From NCBI GenBank assembly GCA_965112735.1, contig OZ218956.1:496001-560000 (forward strand): a stretch of 64,000 nucleotides of DNA. Reading direction: 5' to 3'. The stretch is from Phaeosaccion multiseriatum. Its lineage: Eukaryota; Protista; Ochrophyta, other classes. The notes under the pieces are model-generated. The model was not told the origin of the DNA. It ran no database searches and was given only the letters and a program-made list of their open reading frames with translations. Positions within the stretch are counted from its first letter, which is position 1; each line of letters begins with the position of its first letter. A program made the position numbers and the translations under genes. Shown here piece by piece: positions 48,701 through 60,700 of the stretch.

Positions 48701-51700
48701 GCGTGCGACACCTCCAGGGCCTTGCAGCCCACCCCATCAGCCGTGAGCTTCTCCACCACCTTGTCCACAGCGCTGCGAGCTCCAGAGATCACGCTCGCGC
48801 TCGGTCCATTCGACGACGCCAGCACCACCTCGCCTGCCCCCCCCGCAGCGTCGATGCTTGCCAAAGTCGCCTCCTTGCCTGCCCTCACTGCAAACATCAC
48901 TCCCTCGCCCTCGGGGCAGGCCTGCATGGCGGCTCCTCTCATGGCGGACAGCATCAGCCCGTCCTCCAGCGACATGACACCGGCCACGCACGCCGCCACT
49001 ACCTCGCCCAGGCTGTGGCCCATCACCATGGAAGGCTCCACGCCCTCCGACTTCCACATCTCACACAGGGCGTACTCCAGCACAAACAGGCACGGCTGGC
49101 AGTAGCGTGTCTCCTTCAGCAGCGCTTGTGCAGTCTCCTCCTCCTCCTCCTCCTCCCCGTCCTCAGCGACCGCTGGGTACATGAGCTCCACCACAGACTT
49201 GTCCAGCCAGGCCCGCTCCATAAGCAGCGTGCTGCACCGCTGCACGCATTCGCGGAACACGCCCTCCTTCTCGTACAGCTCCCTGCCCATGCCCACGTAC
49301 TGCGAGCCCTGCCCTGTGAACAAGAACGTCACCGGCAAACTCTTCTTGCTTTGCTGTCCATCCAGCTGCAGCAAGGCTTCGCTCTCGCTCTCCGCTACCA
49401 TCGTCGGTTCGAAGCTGCTGAGCACCGCATGGGCGTTGGCTCCTCCCGCGCCGAAGGAGCTGACAGCAGCAGTGCGCCTCTCCCCATCCCTGGCACTTAG
49501 TGGCACCATGGCAGACGGCAAAGTCACCGGAAAGTCATCCAAACGAAGCTCCGGATTGAGCTTCTTCATGTGGAGATTGGGGGGAGCACATCCATGCTGA
49601 AGGACCAGCAGAGCTTTGATGAGGCCAGCGATTCCGGACGCAGCCTCTAGATGCCCGATATTGGTCTTCACCGCCCCAACTACCAGGGGCCGATCTTCCT
49701 CGCGGCCATTGCCATACACGGCCCTCAAAGCACTCATCTCGATGGGATCGCCGAGAGACGTCCCGGTGCCGTGCGCCTCCACGTAATCAACCTCCATACC
49801 GCTCAAGCCGGCCTCCGCCAGTGCCTGCTCCATCAGACGCTGCTGAGCAGTAGGGCTTGGGGCAGTATAGCGCAAACTTCTCCCGTTGTGGTTCGCAGCG
49901 CAGCCATTGACGACAGCGAGGATGTGGTCGCCATTGGCCTGTGCATCGTCGAGTCGCCTCAGCACCACGGCGCCGCAGCCCTCACCTCGAACATAACCGT
50001 TGGCCGCAGCGTCGAACGTCTTGCAGCGCCTGACAATGAGGAATTGTGGGTTTGCAAAAGTGAAGAGCAGAGAAGAGGTAATCCATCAGCAACAGGGGTC
50101 TTTCAGACAGCTTGTGCCGTTGATCTGGCTCTCATAGCGGCCTCAAGAACAAGTTCCCACCCACACAAAAGAGACACGCACTTACCAGTCAAGACTCAGG
50201 AAACCTCCTTCGGCGAGGGTCTCGAACGTTTGTGTACCCAGCAGCAAGTTGACGCCTCCCACCAAGGCGATGTCACACTTGCCCAGCCGCAAGCTGCTGC
50301 AGGCCCCTTCCAGTGCCACCAAAGACGACGAGCACGCCGTGTCGACACTCATGCTCGGCCCTCCGAGGCCCAGCACGTAAGATATCCGATTTGCCGGACT
50401 CGCATTGGACATACCCATGACGGAGTATGCACCCTTGTTCGCATCGTCTACCACTGAGCCCCACTCGCTGCCGGACATACCCACGAACACACCGGTGTTG
50501 CTGCCATGTAGTGTATCCTTGCGGTATCCCGCCCTGTGCAGAGCCTCGTACCCCACCTCCAGCATGACGCGCTGATGAGGGTCCATGGCACCCGCCTCGG
50601 CCGCAGAGATGCCGAAGAAGGTGTTGTCAAAAGCCTCCACTCCATCAATGAAGCCCCCTTGCCACTGCTTCTGACCCTCATCGGCCCAGCGTCCGACAGG
50701 GCTGGCTCCAATACAGTCTGTCCCTGCACAGAGCATAGCCCAGAAATCCTCGGGATTATGAACCCCTCCAGGGAAGCGACAGGCGATCCCGACGACGGCC
50801 AGCGGCGCCCTTGAGTCAGTGCGGTGCGCTTCAGCAGCGATTGCCGCAGAGCGATTGCTAGAGGGTTCCTCTGTCTCTCCAAGCACCTCCGCTTCGATCC
50901 ACACTGCCAGCGCCGCTACCGTGGGATATGCGAAGAGCATGTCAGTGGTAGCTACAACCCCGAAGCGAGCCTGTAGCCGGCCGCGCAGCTCCACTGTTGA
51001 CAAAGAGTCAAGACCTGCTTCCATCAAAGGCGTGTTGGCGTCTAGCTCTTCGGCACCATCCCCAAGGAGGTCCTTGGTCATATCAAGCACCGCCAATCGC
51101 ACTGATTGCTGTCGTTCACCAAGGGGCAGTCTCAAGAGCGCCTCGCGCACTTCATTGTTGAGTTCGGTGTTGCTGGACGCGCCTGCTGCTGTTGAGACAA
51201 GCCCTGACAGCAGGAACGAGCCGCGGGACGCACCCATGCTCTCTGCAAACTTGCCCCAGTCCATTCCAGGCAGGACGGCCACATCACCCAAATACGCTGA
51301 CGGCATCGCAGCGGCATCTAAGGCAGCCATGCCCAGCTCAGCTGACACCGTGCCCACACCCGCCAGCTCCAACTGCTTTTGAACGATATCGAGCTGGGCG
51401 GCCATACCCACATCAGCCCACGGCCCCCACTGCAATGACGTCCCTGCGAGCCCGAGGTGTCGCCTGTGCCGCATCAGCCCATCCACAGCCGCGTTCGCCG
51501 CAGCGTAGTTGGCCTGTCCAGCGTTACCCAGTACTCCGGCCATTGATGTGAAGCAAAAGAAGAAGTCAAGGCCACGAGTGCGCCCCTCCTCCTTCGCCCA
51601 AGCCAACGAAAGCTCGTGCAAGTTCACCGCCCCCTGCACCTTGGGTCGGAACACCCTCACCACGCTCTCCGCCGTTTGCTCTCCGAGCAGCTTATCATCC

Positions 51701-54700
51701 AACACCCCGGCAGCATGCACCACGCCGCGGACGGGGGGCAGCAGAGGCAGCACGCCCCCCAGGCAAGTCCGAAGTGCCTCAGCATCAGCAACATCACAAG
51801 TAGGAGTAAGGATATTTAGGTCCACGACGTTCCGAAGCTGCTGCCACTGTTCTGTCATGCTCTCGGCGACCTTCCCACTCCTCGACAGCAGCACCAAGTG
51901 ACGAGCGCCCCTCGACGCGAGGTGCTGGGCCGTCACGAGGCCGAGGGCCCCCAGACCGCCGCTGATGACGTACGTGCCATCGGACACCACTGGCACACCA
52001 TACGAGGGGTTGGTCAGCACCACCTTGCCCATGTGCTTCGCTTGGCTCATGAATGCCATGGCCTTCTGAGTATCCTCCCTCATGTCAAATGGTATGGTCG
52101 GTAAGGGCTTCACATTGCCAGACATGCAGTCTTCAGCCAGACGCTGCAGCCCGCCACTGATCCAGCCCGGCTCGCCGGCCGAAAAGTCAGACTCAACCAT
52201 GCTATCCAATGCCAGCAGCTCGTACCTCACATCGGGCCGGGCAGTGCGCACCTGGTCGTGACTCCACACGCCTCGCTTGCCAATCTCGACAAATATACCA
52301 CCCTCGCTGAGCATGGCCAGCGAGAAGGGAATGTAGTCTTCACTCAGAGAGTTGAGCACCACGTCCACCTTCATCTCACCCATGGACTGCTTGAACGCCT
52401 CCGCGTCTCGCGATGAAGCAATGTGCTTCACTCCCAAGCTCCGGAGGAAGTCATGCTTCACAGCAGCACCAGCAGTAGCGTACACCTCTGCGCCGACCCG
52501 CTGAGCATACTGCACGGCGGCAAGGCCCACACCGCCAGATGCGGCATGAATCAACACCTTCTGTCCAGCCTTGAGGTCGTGGAAGGCCTTCACTACCGTC
52601 AAGCACACGGTTGGAAGTGCAGCGGCCTGCTCGAAGCTCAGCGCCGCCGGCATCATGGCCAGGCACGCGTCCCCCGTCACCAGATGGCTGCGCAAACATC
52701 CTCCGTCTGCGAAGCCATATATGTTATCGCTGACACGAAAACGCGAGCTTCCTCCCACACTGATCACCTCCCCGGCGAACTCGGAGCAGGGATCTCCAGG
52801 GTCGCCAGGGTACAGGTCCAGTACATTCAGCACGTCCCGGAAGTTCAGGCCAACAGCTCTCACTACCACCTCCACATAGCTACCGGTCGGGTCGAGAGGC
52901 CGATGTTTGCCAACATCAACATCATCGCGAAGGAGAAAGGCATTGGCTATACTACTTCTTGCCTTAAGCTCCAGGGAAAACGGAAGAGTCAAAGCTGGGT
53001 GTGCAAGCTGAGGCATCCAGCACTGACCATCGCGTACCCACACATATTCTGTGGTGCCAGGGAAGGCCAAGCCTAAGGTAAGCTCGCTGTCTAGGGACTC
53101 CTTGTCGCTCAGGTCCAACACACTAATCTGCATGTAAGGGTGCTCCATCCTCGCAGTCCGCACCAGACCTGTAACCCAGCTGTGACGCCAGTCCTCGCCG
53201 CTTTCGACGCCTCTCGTCAAGACCGTCAGCGGTACATTCGACGCAGTGGACAGGCTCCTGAGTAGCGATAACAGAGCGTAGACCGCTCGTGCTTGGGGGC
53301 TTCCTTCTGTGTCTTCTTCGTCAGCTCCGGGTATCAGCACGTACAAGACGCGAGCCCACTCGTCTTCTCCAAGAAGAAGAGCACCATCATCCACGGAGGC
53401 GTCCATCCCCCCATACTGAGTGTGTACGTGCACGTTCTCCGGAACACAGCGCCGCACTGCAGCAATGATTCCAGTCTCTCCCTCCCTCTCGTGCTGTGGA
53501 ATAATCACCAGCCACTTCTGTGGCGCCGCTGCCTCAGCAGGGTCAGTATCACTACCAGGGGCCTCCTCCTGTGTAGACGGTTCAGCGGCCTGCCACTCCA
53601 ATGCGTACATTGCACGACGAACGGGGCTGACACGTACAAAGTTCCTCGCCCGCTGCACGCGGAAGCCCCGCATCTCCACGAGCACGTCTTCGCTGTCGAA
53701 GTCTGCAATGCGGATGTCAAACTTGACGCTGTCCGCCACTGACTGGACCTCACTCAGCTTCGTGTGCACCCACACGTTCTTTCCCGTCATGGAGGCGGAA
53801 AGCACCACCTCGTCAAAGCCAGCAGGTAGGAATGGAGAGTTCCCTCCCTCCTTGAGCAGCTTCCTTGGCAGCGCTTGCATGATGGTATGGGTAGCATTGT
53901 CCAGCACCGCGGGGTGCAGAGCAAAGCCCTTCATCTCCCACGGCTCGCACAGCTCCTCATCCATGGCACACACGACCGACAGAACCTCTCCGTCCCCTCC
54001 GTACATGTGGCGGGTCCGCTGAAAGCGGGGGCCGTACTGGAAGCCGGCACCTGCCAAAGACTTGTAGAGCCCACTCGACACGTCCTGCTCGCCAACTCTA
54101 GCTCGAATGGATTCCACGTGCAGCGAAGCACGCGCCATGGTTCGCTCCTTGATAGACACGTGCCTCATTCTTGCCGTGATGCCCTTGTCGCCCGTGGCAC
54201 CTCCGAAAAACTGCATGCTTCCATCTGCCGCGTGAAGGGCGCTCATCCCGGCACAGACCATTGTATGGCGGTTTTGCGCGTGCTCCGTGCCGACCTGCTG
54301 GAAACCCTCAATCTCCAGTGGAACCACAAAGCTGGCTCCTTGCAGGACTACCTGCTGCTCCACTCCGAGCTGTCGTCCTCCTAGAGCAGCGACGACGCCC
54401 ACTTCAATGTACGTCACCCCCGGAATGATCACCGTGTTGTTGACGGCATGGTCCTTGAGAAGGTCCTTGAGGTGAGGGGAGAAGGGGCTGGGGAGGCGCA
54501 TTCCGTCTCCCTCCTGGACTACCTCGCCACTCGGCATAAACGCCAGCGGAGGCTTGTACCAAGGAAATGATCGGCGAGTCGGATAAAGCTCACGATGCTC
54601 CGGCCCCACTATACTGCCCAGGGCTGCTCCAAATGAATCCTCGGAGTTCTTCCCGAGTGTGAGGGAGGAGATCCACGCCAGCCCCTCGCGACGCTCGCAC

Positions 54701-57700
54701 TTGGCTCCCATGCTGCTCAGCACAGGGTTGGGACCCACCTCAACAATGCTCAGGTCAGCCCCCCTCCCGTCTCCCATCCAGTGCTCCACCAGCGTGTGGA
54801 TGCCTTCTGCGAACAGCACAGGCGACAGCATGTGTTGCACCCAATACGTCGCCTGCGTCACCTCCTCCCCTCTCACCACCTCACCCGTCACGTTGGACAC
54901 CAGAGGAATGCGTGGGGCGCTGAATGACACCTGCCTCAGAGCCTCCTCCAGCGCACGTACAGCGGGCTCCATCAGAGGAGAGTGGAAGGCGTGCGACACC
55001 TCCAGGGCCTTGCAGCCCACCCCATCAGCCGTGAGCTTCTCCACCACCTTGTCCACAGCGCTGCGAGCTCCAGAGATCACGCTCGCGCTCGGTCCATTCG
55101 ACGACGCCAGCACCACCTCGCCTGCCCCCCCCGCAGCGTCGATGCTTGCCAAAGTCGCCTCCTTGCCTGCCCTCACTGCAAACATCACTCCCTCGCCCTC
55201 GGGGCAGGCCTGCATGGCGGCTCCTCTCATGGCGGACAGCATCAGCCCGTCCTCCAGCGACATGACACCGGCCACGCACGCCGCCACTACCTCGCCCAGG
55301 CTGTGGCCCATCACCATGGAAGGCTCCACGCCCTCCGACTTCCACATCTCACACAGGGCGTACTCCAGCACAAACAGGCACGGCTGGCAGTAGCGTGTCT
55401 CCTTCAGCAGCGCTTGTGCAGTCTCCTCCTCCTCCTCCTCCTCCCCGTCCTCAGCGACCGCTGGGTACATGAGCTCCACCACAGACTTGTCCAGCCAGGC
55501 CCGCTCCATAAGCAGCGTGCTGCACCGCTGCACGCATTCGCGGAACACGCCCTCCTTCTCGTACAGCTCCCTGCCCATGCCCACGTACTGCGAGCCCTGC
55601 CCTGTGAACAAGAACGTCACCGGCAAACTCTTCTTGCTTTGCTGTCCATCCAGCTGCAGCAAGGCTTCGCTCTCGCTCTCCGCTACCATCGTCGGTTCGA
55701 AGCTGCTGAGCACCGCATGGGCGTTGGCTCCTCCCGCGCCGAAGGAGCTGACAGCAGCAGTGCGCCTCTCCCCATCCCTGGCACTTAGTGGCACCATGGC
55801 AGACGGCAAAGTCACCGGAAAGTCATCCAAACGAAGCTCCGGATTGAGCTTCTTCATGTGGAGATTGGGGGAGCACATCCATGCTGAAGGACCAGCAGAG
55901 CTTTGATGAGGCCAGCGATTCCGGACGCAGCCTCTAGATGCCCGATATTGGTCTTCACCGCCCCAACTACCAGGGGCCGATCTTCCTCGCGGCCATTGCC
56001 ATACACGGCCCTCAAAGCACTCATCTCGATGGGATCGCCGAGAGACGTCCCGGTGCCGTGCGCCTCCACGTAATCAACCTCCATACCGCTCAAGCCGGCC
56101 TCCGCCAGTGCCTGCTCCATCAGACGCTGCTGAGCAGTAGGGCTTGGGGCAGTATAGCGCAAACTTCTCCCGTTGTGGTTCGCAGCGCAGCCATTGACGA
56201 CAGCGAGGATGTGGTCGCCATTGGCCTGTGCATCGTCGAGTCGCCTCAGCACCACGGCGCCGCAGCCCTCACCTCGAACATAACCGTTGGCCGCAGCGTC
56301 GAACGTCTTGCAGCGCCTGACAATGAGGAATTGTGGGTTTGCAAAAGTGAAGAGCAGAGAAGAGGTAATCCATCAGCAACAGGGGTCTTTCAGACAGCTT
56401 GTGCCGTTGATCTGGCTCTCATAGCGGCCTCAAGAACAAGTTCCCACCCACACAAAAGAGACACGCACTTACCAGTCAAGACTCAGGAAACCTCCTTCGG
56501 CGAGGGTCTCGAACGTTTGTGTACCCAGCAGCAAGTTGACGCCTCCCACCAAGGCGATGTCACACTTGCCCAGCCGCAAGCTGCTGCAGGCCCCTTCCAG
56601 TGCCACCAAAGACGACGAGCACGCCGTGTCGACACTCATGCTCGGCCCTCCGAGGCCCAGCACGTAAGATATCCGATTTGCCGGACTCGCATTGGACATA
56701 CCCATGACGGAGTATGCACCCTTGTTCGCATCGTCTACCACTGAGCCCCACTCGCTGCCGGACATACCCACGAACACACCGGTGTTGCTGCCATGTAGTG
56801 TATCCTTGCGGTATCCCGCCCTGTGCAGAGCCTCGTACCCCACCTCCAGCATGACGCGCTGATGAGGGTCCATGGCACCCGCCTCGGCCGCAGAGATGCC
56901 GAAGAAGGTGTTGTCAAAAGCCTCCACTCCATCAATGAAGCCCCCTTGCCACTGCTTCTGACCCTCATCGGCCCAGCGTCCGACAGGGCTGGCTCCAATA
57001 CAGTCTGTCCCTGCACAGAGCATAGCCCAGAAATCCTCGGGATTATGAACCCCTCCAGGGAAGCGACAGGCGATCCCGACGACGGCCAGCGGCGCCCTTG
57101 AGTCAGTGCGGTGCGCTTCAGCAGCGATTGCCGCAGAGCGATTGCTAGAGGGTTCCTCTGTCTCTCCAAGCACCTCCGCTTCGATCCACACTGCCAGCGC
57201 CGCTACCGTGGGATATGCGAAGAGCATGTCAGTGGTAGCTACAACCCCGAAGCGAGCCTGTAGCCGGCCGCGCAGCTCCACTGTTGACAAAGAGTCAAGA
57301 CCTGCTTCCATCAAAGGCGTGTTGGCGTCTAGCTCTTCGGCACCATCCCCAAGGAGGTCCTTGGTCATATCAAGCACCGCCAATCGCACTGATTGCTGTC
57401 GTTCACCAAGGGGCAGTCTCAAGAGCGCCTCGCGCACTTCATTGTTGAGTTCGGTGTTGCTGGACGCGCCTGCTGCTGTTGAGACAAGCCCTGACAGCAG
57501 GAACGAGCCGCGGGACGCACCCATGCTCTCTGCAAACTTGCCCCAGTCCATTCCAGGCAGGACGGCCACATCACCCAAATACGCTGACGGCATCGCAGCG
57601 GCATCTAAGGCAGCCATGCCCAGCTCAGCTGACACCGTGCCCACACCCGCCAGCTCCAACTGCTTTTGAACGATATCGAGCTGGGCGGCCATACCCACAT

Positions 57701-60700
57701 CAGCCCACGGCCCCCACTGCAATGACGTCCCTGCGAGCCCGAGGTGTCGCCTGTGCCGCATCAGCCCATCCACAGCCGCGTTCGCCGCAGCGTAGTTGGC
57801 CTGTCCAGCGTTACCCAGTACTCCGGCCATTGATGTGAAGCAAAAGAAGAAGTCAAGGCCACGAGTGCGCCCCTCCTCCTTCGCCCAAGCCAACGAAAGC
57901 TCGTGCAAGTTCACCGCCCCCTGCACCTTGGGTCGGAACACCCTCACCACGCTCTCCGCCGTTTGCTCTCCGAGCAGCTTATCATCCAACACCCCGGCAG
58001 CATGCACCACGCCGCGGACGGGGGCAGCAGAGGCAGCACGCCCCCCAGGCAAGTCCGAAGTGCCTCAGCATCAGCAACATCACAAGTAGGAGTAAGGATA
58101 TTTAGGTCCACGACGTTCCGAAGCTGCTGCCACTGTTCTGTCATGCTCTCGGCGACCTTCCCACTCCTCGACAGCAGCACCAAGTGACGAGCGCCCCTCG
58201 ACGCGAGGTGCTGGGCCGTCACGAGGCCGAGGGCCCCCAGACCGCCGCTGATGACGTACGTGCCATCGGACACCACTGGCACACCATACGAGGGGTTGGT
58301 CAGCACCACCTTGCCCATGTGCTTCGCTTGGCTCATGAATGCCATGGCCTTCTGAGTATCCTCCCTCATGTCAAATGGTATGGTCGGTAAGGGCTTCACA
58401 TTGCCAGACATGCAGTCTTCAGCCAGACGCTGCAGCCCGCCACTGATCCAGCCCGGCTCGCCGGCCGAAAAGTCAGACTCAACCATGCTATCCAATGCCA
58501 GCAGCTCGTACCTCACATCGGGCCGGGCAGTGCGCACCTGGTCGTGACTCCACACGCCTCGCTTGCCAATCTCGACAAATATACCACCCTCGCTGAGCAT
58601 GGCCAGCGAGAAGGGAATGTAGTCTTCACTCAGAGAGTTGAGCACCACGTCCACCTTCATCTCACCCATGGACTGCTTGAACGCCTCCGCGTCTCGCGAT
58701 GAAGCAATGTGCTTCACTCCCAAGCTCCGGAGGAAGTCATGCTTCACAGCAGCACCAGCAGTAGCGTACACCTCTGCGCCGACCCGCTGAGCATACTGCA
58801 CGGCGGCAAGGCCCACACCGCCAGATGCGGCATGAATCAACACCTTCTGTCCAGCCTTGAGGTCGTGGAAGGCCTTCACTACCGTCAAGCACACGGTTGG
58901 AAGTGCAGCGGCCTGCTCGAAGCTCAGCGCCGCCGGCATCATGGCCAGGCACGCGTCCCCCGTCACCAGATGGCTGCGCAAACATCCTCCGTCTGCGAAG
59001 CCATATATGTTATCGCTGACACGAAAACGCGAGCTTCCTCCCACACTGATCACCTCCCCGGCGAACTCGGAGCAGGGATCTCCAGGGTCGCCAGGGTACA
59101 GGTCCAGTACATTCAGCACGTCCCGGAAGTTCAGGCCAACAGCTCTCACTACCACCTCCACATAGCTACCGGTCGGGTCGAGAGGCCGATGTTTGCCAAC
59201 ATCAACATCATCGCGAAGGAGAAAGGCATTGGCTATACTACTTCTTGCCTTAAGCTCCAGGGAAAACGGAAGAGTCAAAGCTGGGTGTGCAAGCTGAGGC
59301 ATCCAGCACTGACCATCGCGTACCCACACATATTCTGTGGTGCCAGGGAAGGCCAAGCCTAAGGTAAGCTCGCTGTCTAGGGACTCCTTGTCGCTCAGGT
59401 CCAACACACTAATCTGCATGTAAGGGTGCTCCATCCTCGCAGTCCGCACCAGACCTGTAACCCAGCTGTGACGCCAGTCCTCGCCGCTTTCGACGCCTCT
59501 CGTCAAGACCGTCAGCGGTACATTCGACGCAGTGGACAGGCTCCTGAGTAGCGATAACAGAGCGTAGACCGCTCGTGCTTGGGGGCTTCCTTCTGTGTCT
59601 TCTTCGTCAGCTCCGGGTATCAGCACGTACAAGACGCGAGCCCACTCGTCTTCTCCAAGAAGAAGAGCACCATCATCCACGGAGGCGTCCATCCCCCCAT
59701 ACTGAGTGTGTACGTGCACGTTCTCCGGAACACAGCGCCGCACTGCAGCAATGATTCCAGTCTCTCCCTCCCTCTCGTGCTGTGGAATAATCACCAGCCA
59801 CTTCTGTGGCGCCGCTGCCTCAGCAGGGTCAGTATCACTACCAGGGGCCTCCTCCTGTGTAGACGGTTCAGCGGCCTGCCACTCCAATGCGTACATTGCA
59901 CGACGAACGGGGCTGACACGTACAAAGTTCCTCGCCCGCTGCACGCGGAAGCCCCGCATCTCCACGAGCACGTCTTCGCTGTCGAAGTCTGCAATGCGGA
60001 TGTCAAACTTGACGCTGTCCGCCACTGACTGGACCTCACTCAGCTTCGTGTGCACCCACACGTTCTTTCCCGTCATGGAGGCGGAAAGCACCACCTCGTC
60101 AAAGCCAGCAGGTAGGAATGGAGAGTTCCCTCCCTCCTTGAGCAGCTTCCTTGGCAGCGCTTGCATGATGGTATGGGTAGCATTGTCCAGCACCGCGGGG
60201 TGCAGAGCAAAGCCCTTCATCTCCCACGGCTCGCACAGCTCCTCATCCATGGCACACACGACCGACAGAACCTCTCCGTCCCCTCCGTACATGTGGCGGG
60301 TCCGCTGAAAGCGGGGGCCGTACTGGAAGCCGGCACCTGCCAAAGACTTGTAGAGCCCACTCGACACGTCCTGCTCGCCAACTCTAGCTCGAATGGATTC
60401 CACGTGCAGCGAAGCACGCGCCATGGTTCGCTCCTTGATAGACACGTGCCTCATTCTTGCCGTGATGCCCTTGTCGCCCGTGGCACCTCCGAAAAACTGC
60501 ATGCTTCCATCTGCCGCGTGAAGGGCGCTCATCCCGGCACAGACCATTGTATGGCGGTTTTGCGCGTGCTCCGTGCCGACCTGCTGGAAACCCTCAATCT
60601 CCAGTGGAACCACAAAGCTGGCTCCTTGCAGGACTACCTGCTGCTCCACTCCGAGCTGTCGTCCTCCTAGAGCAGCGACGACGCCCACTTCAATGTACGT

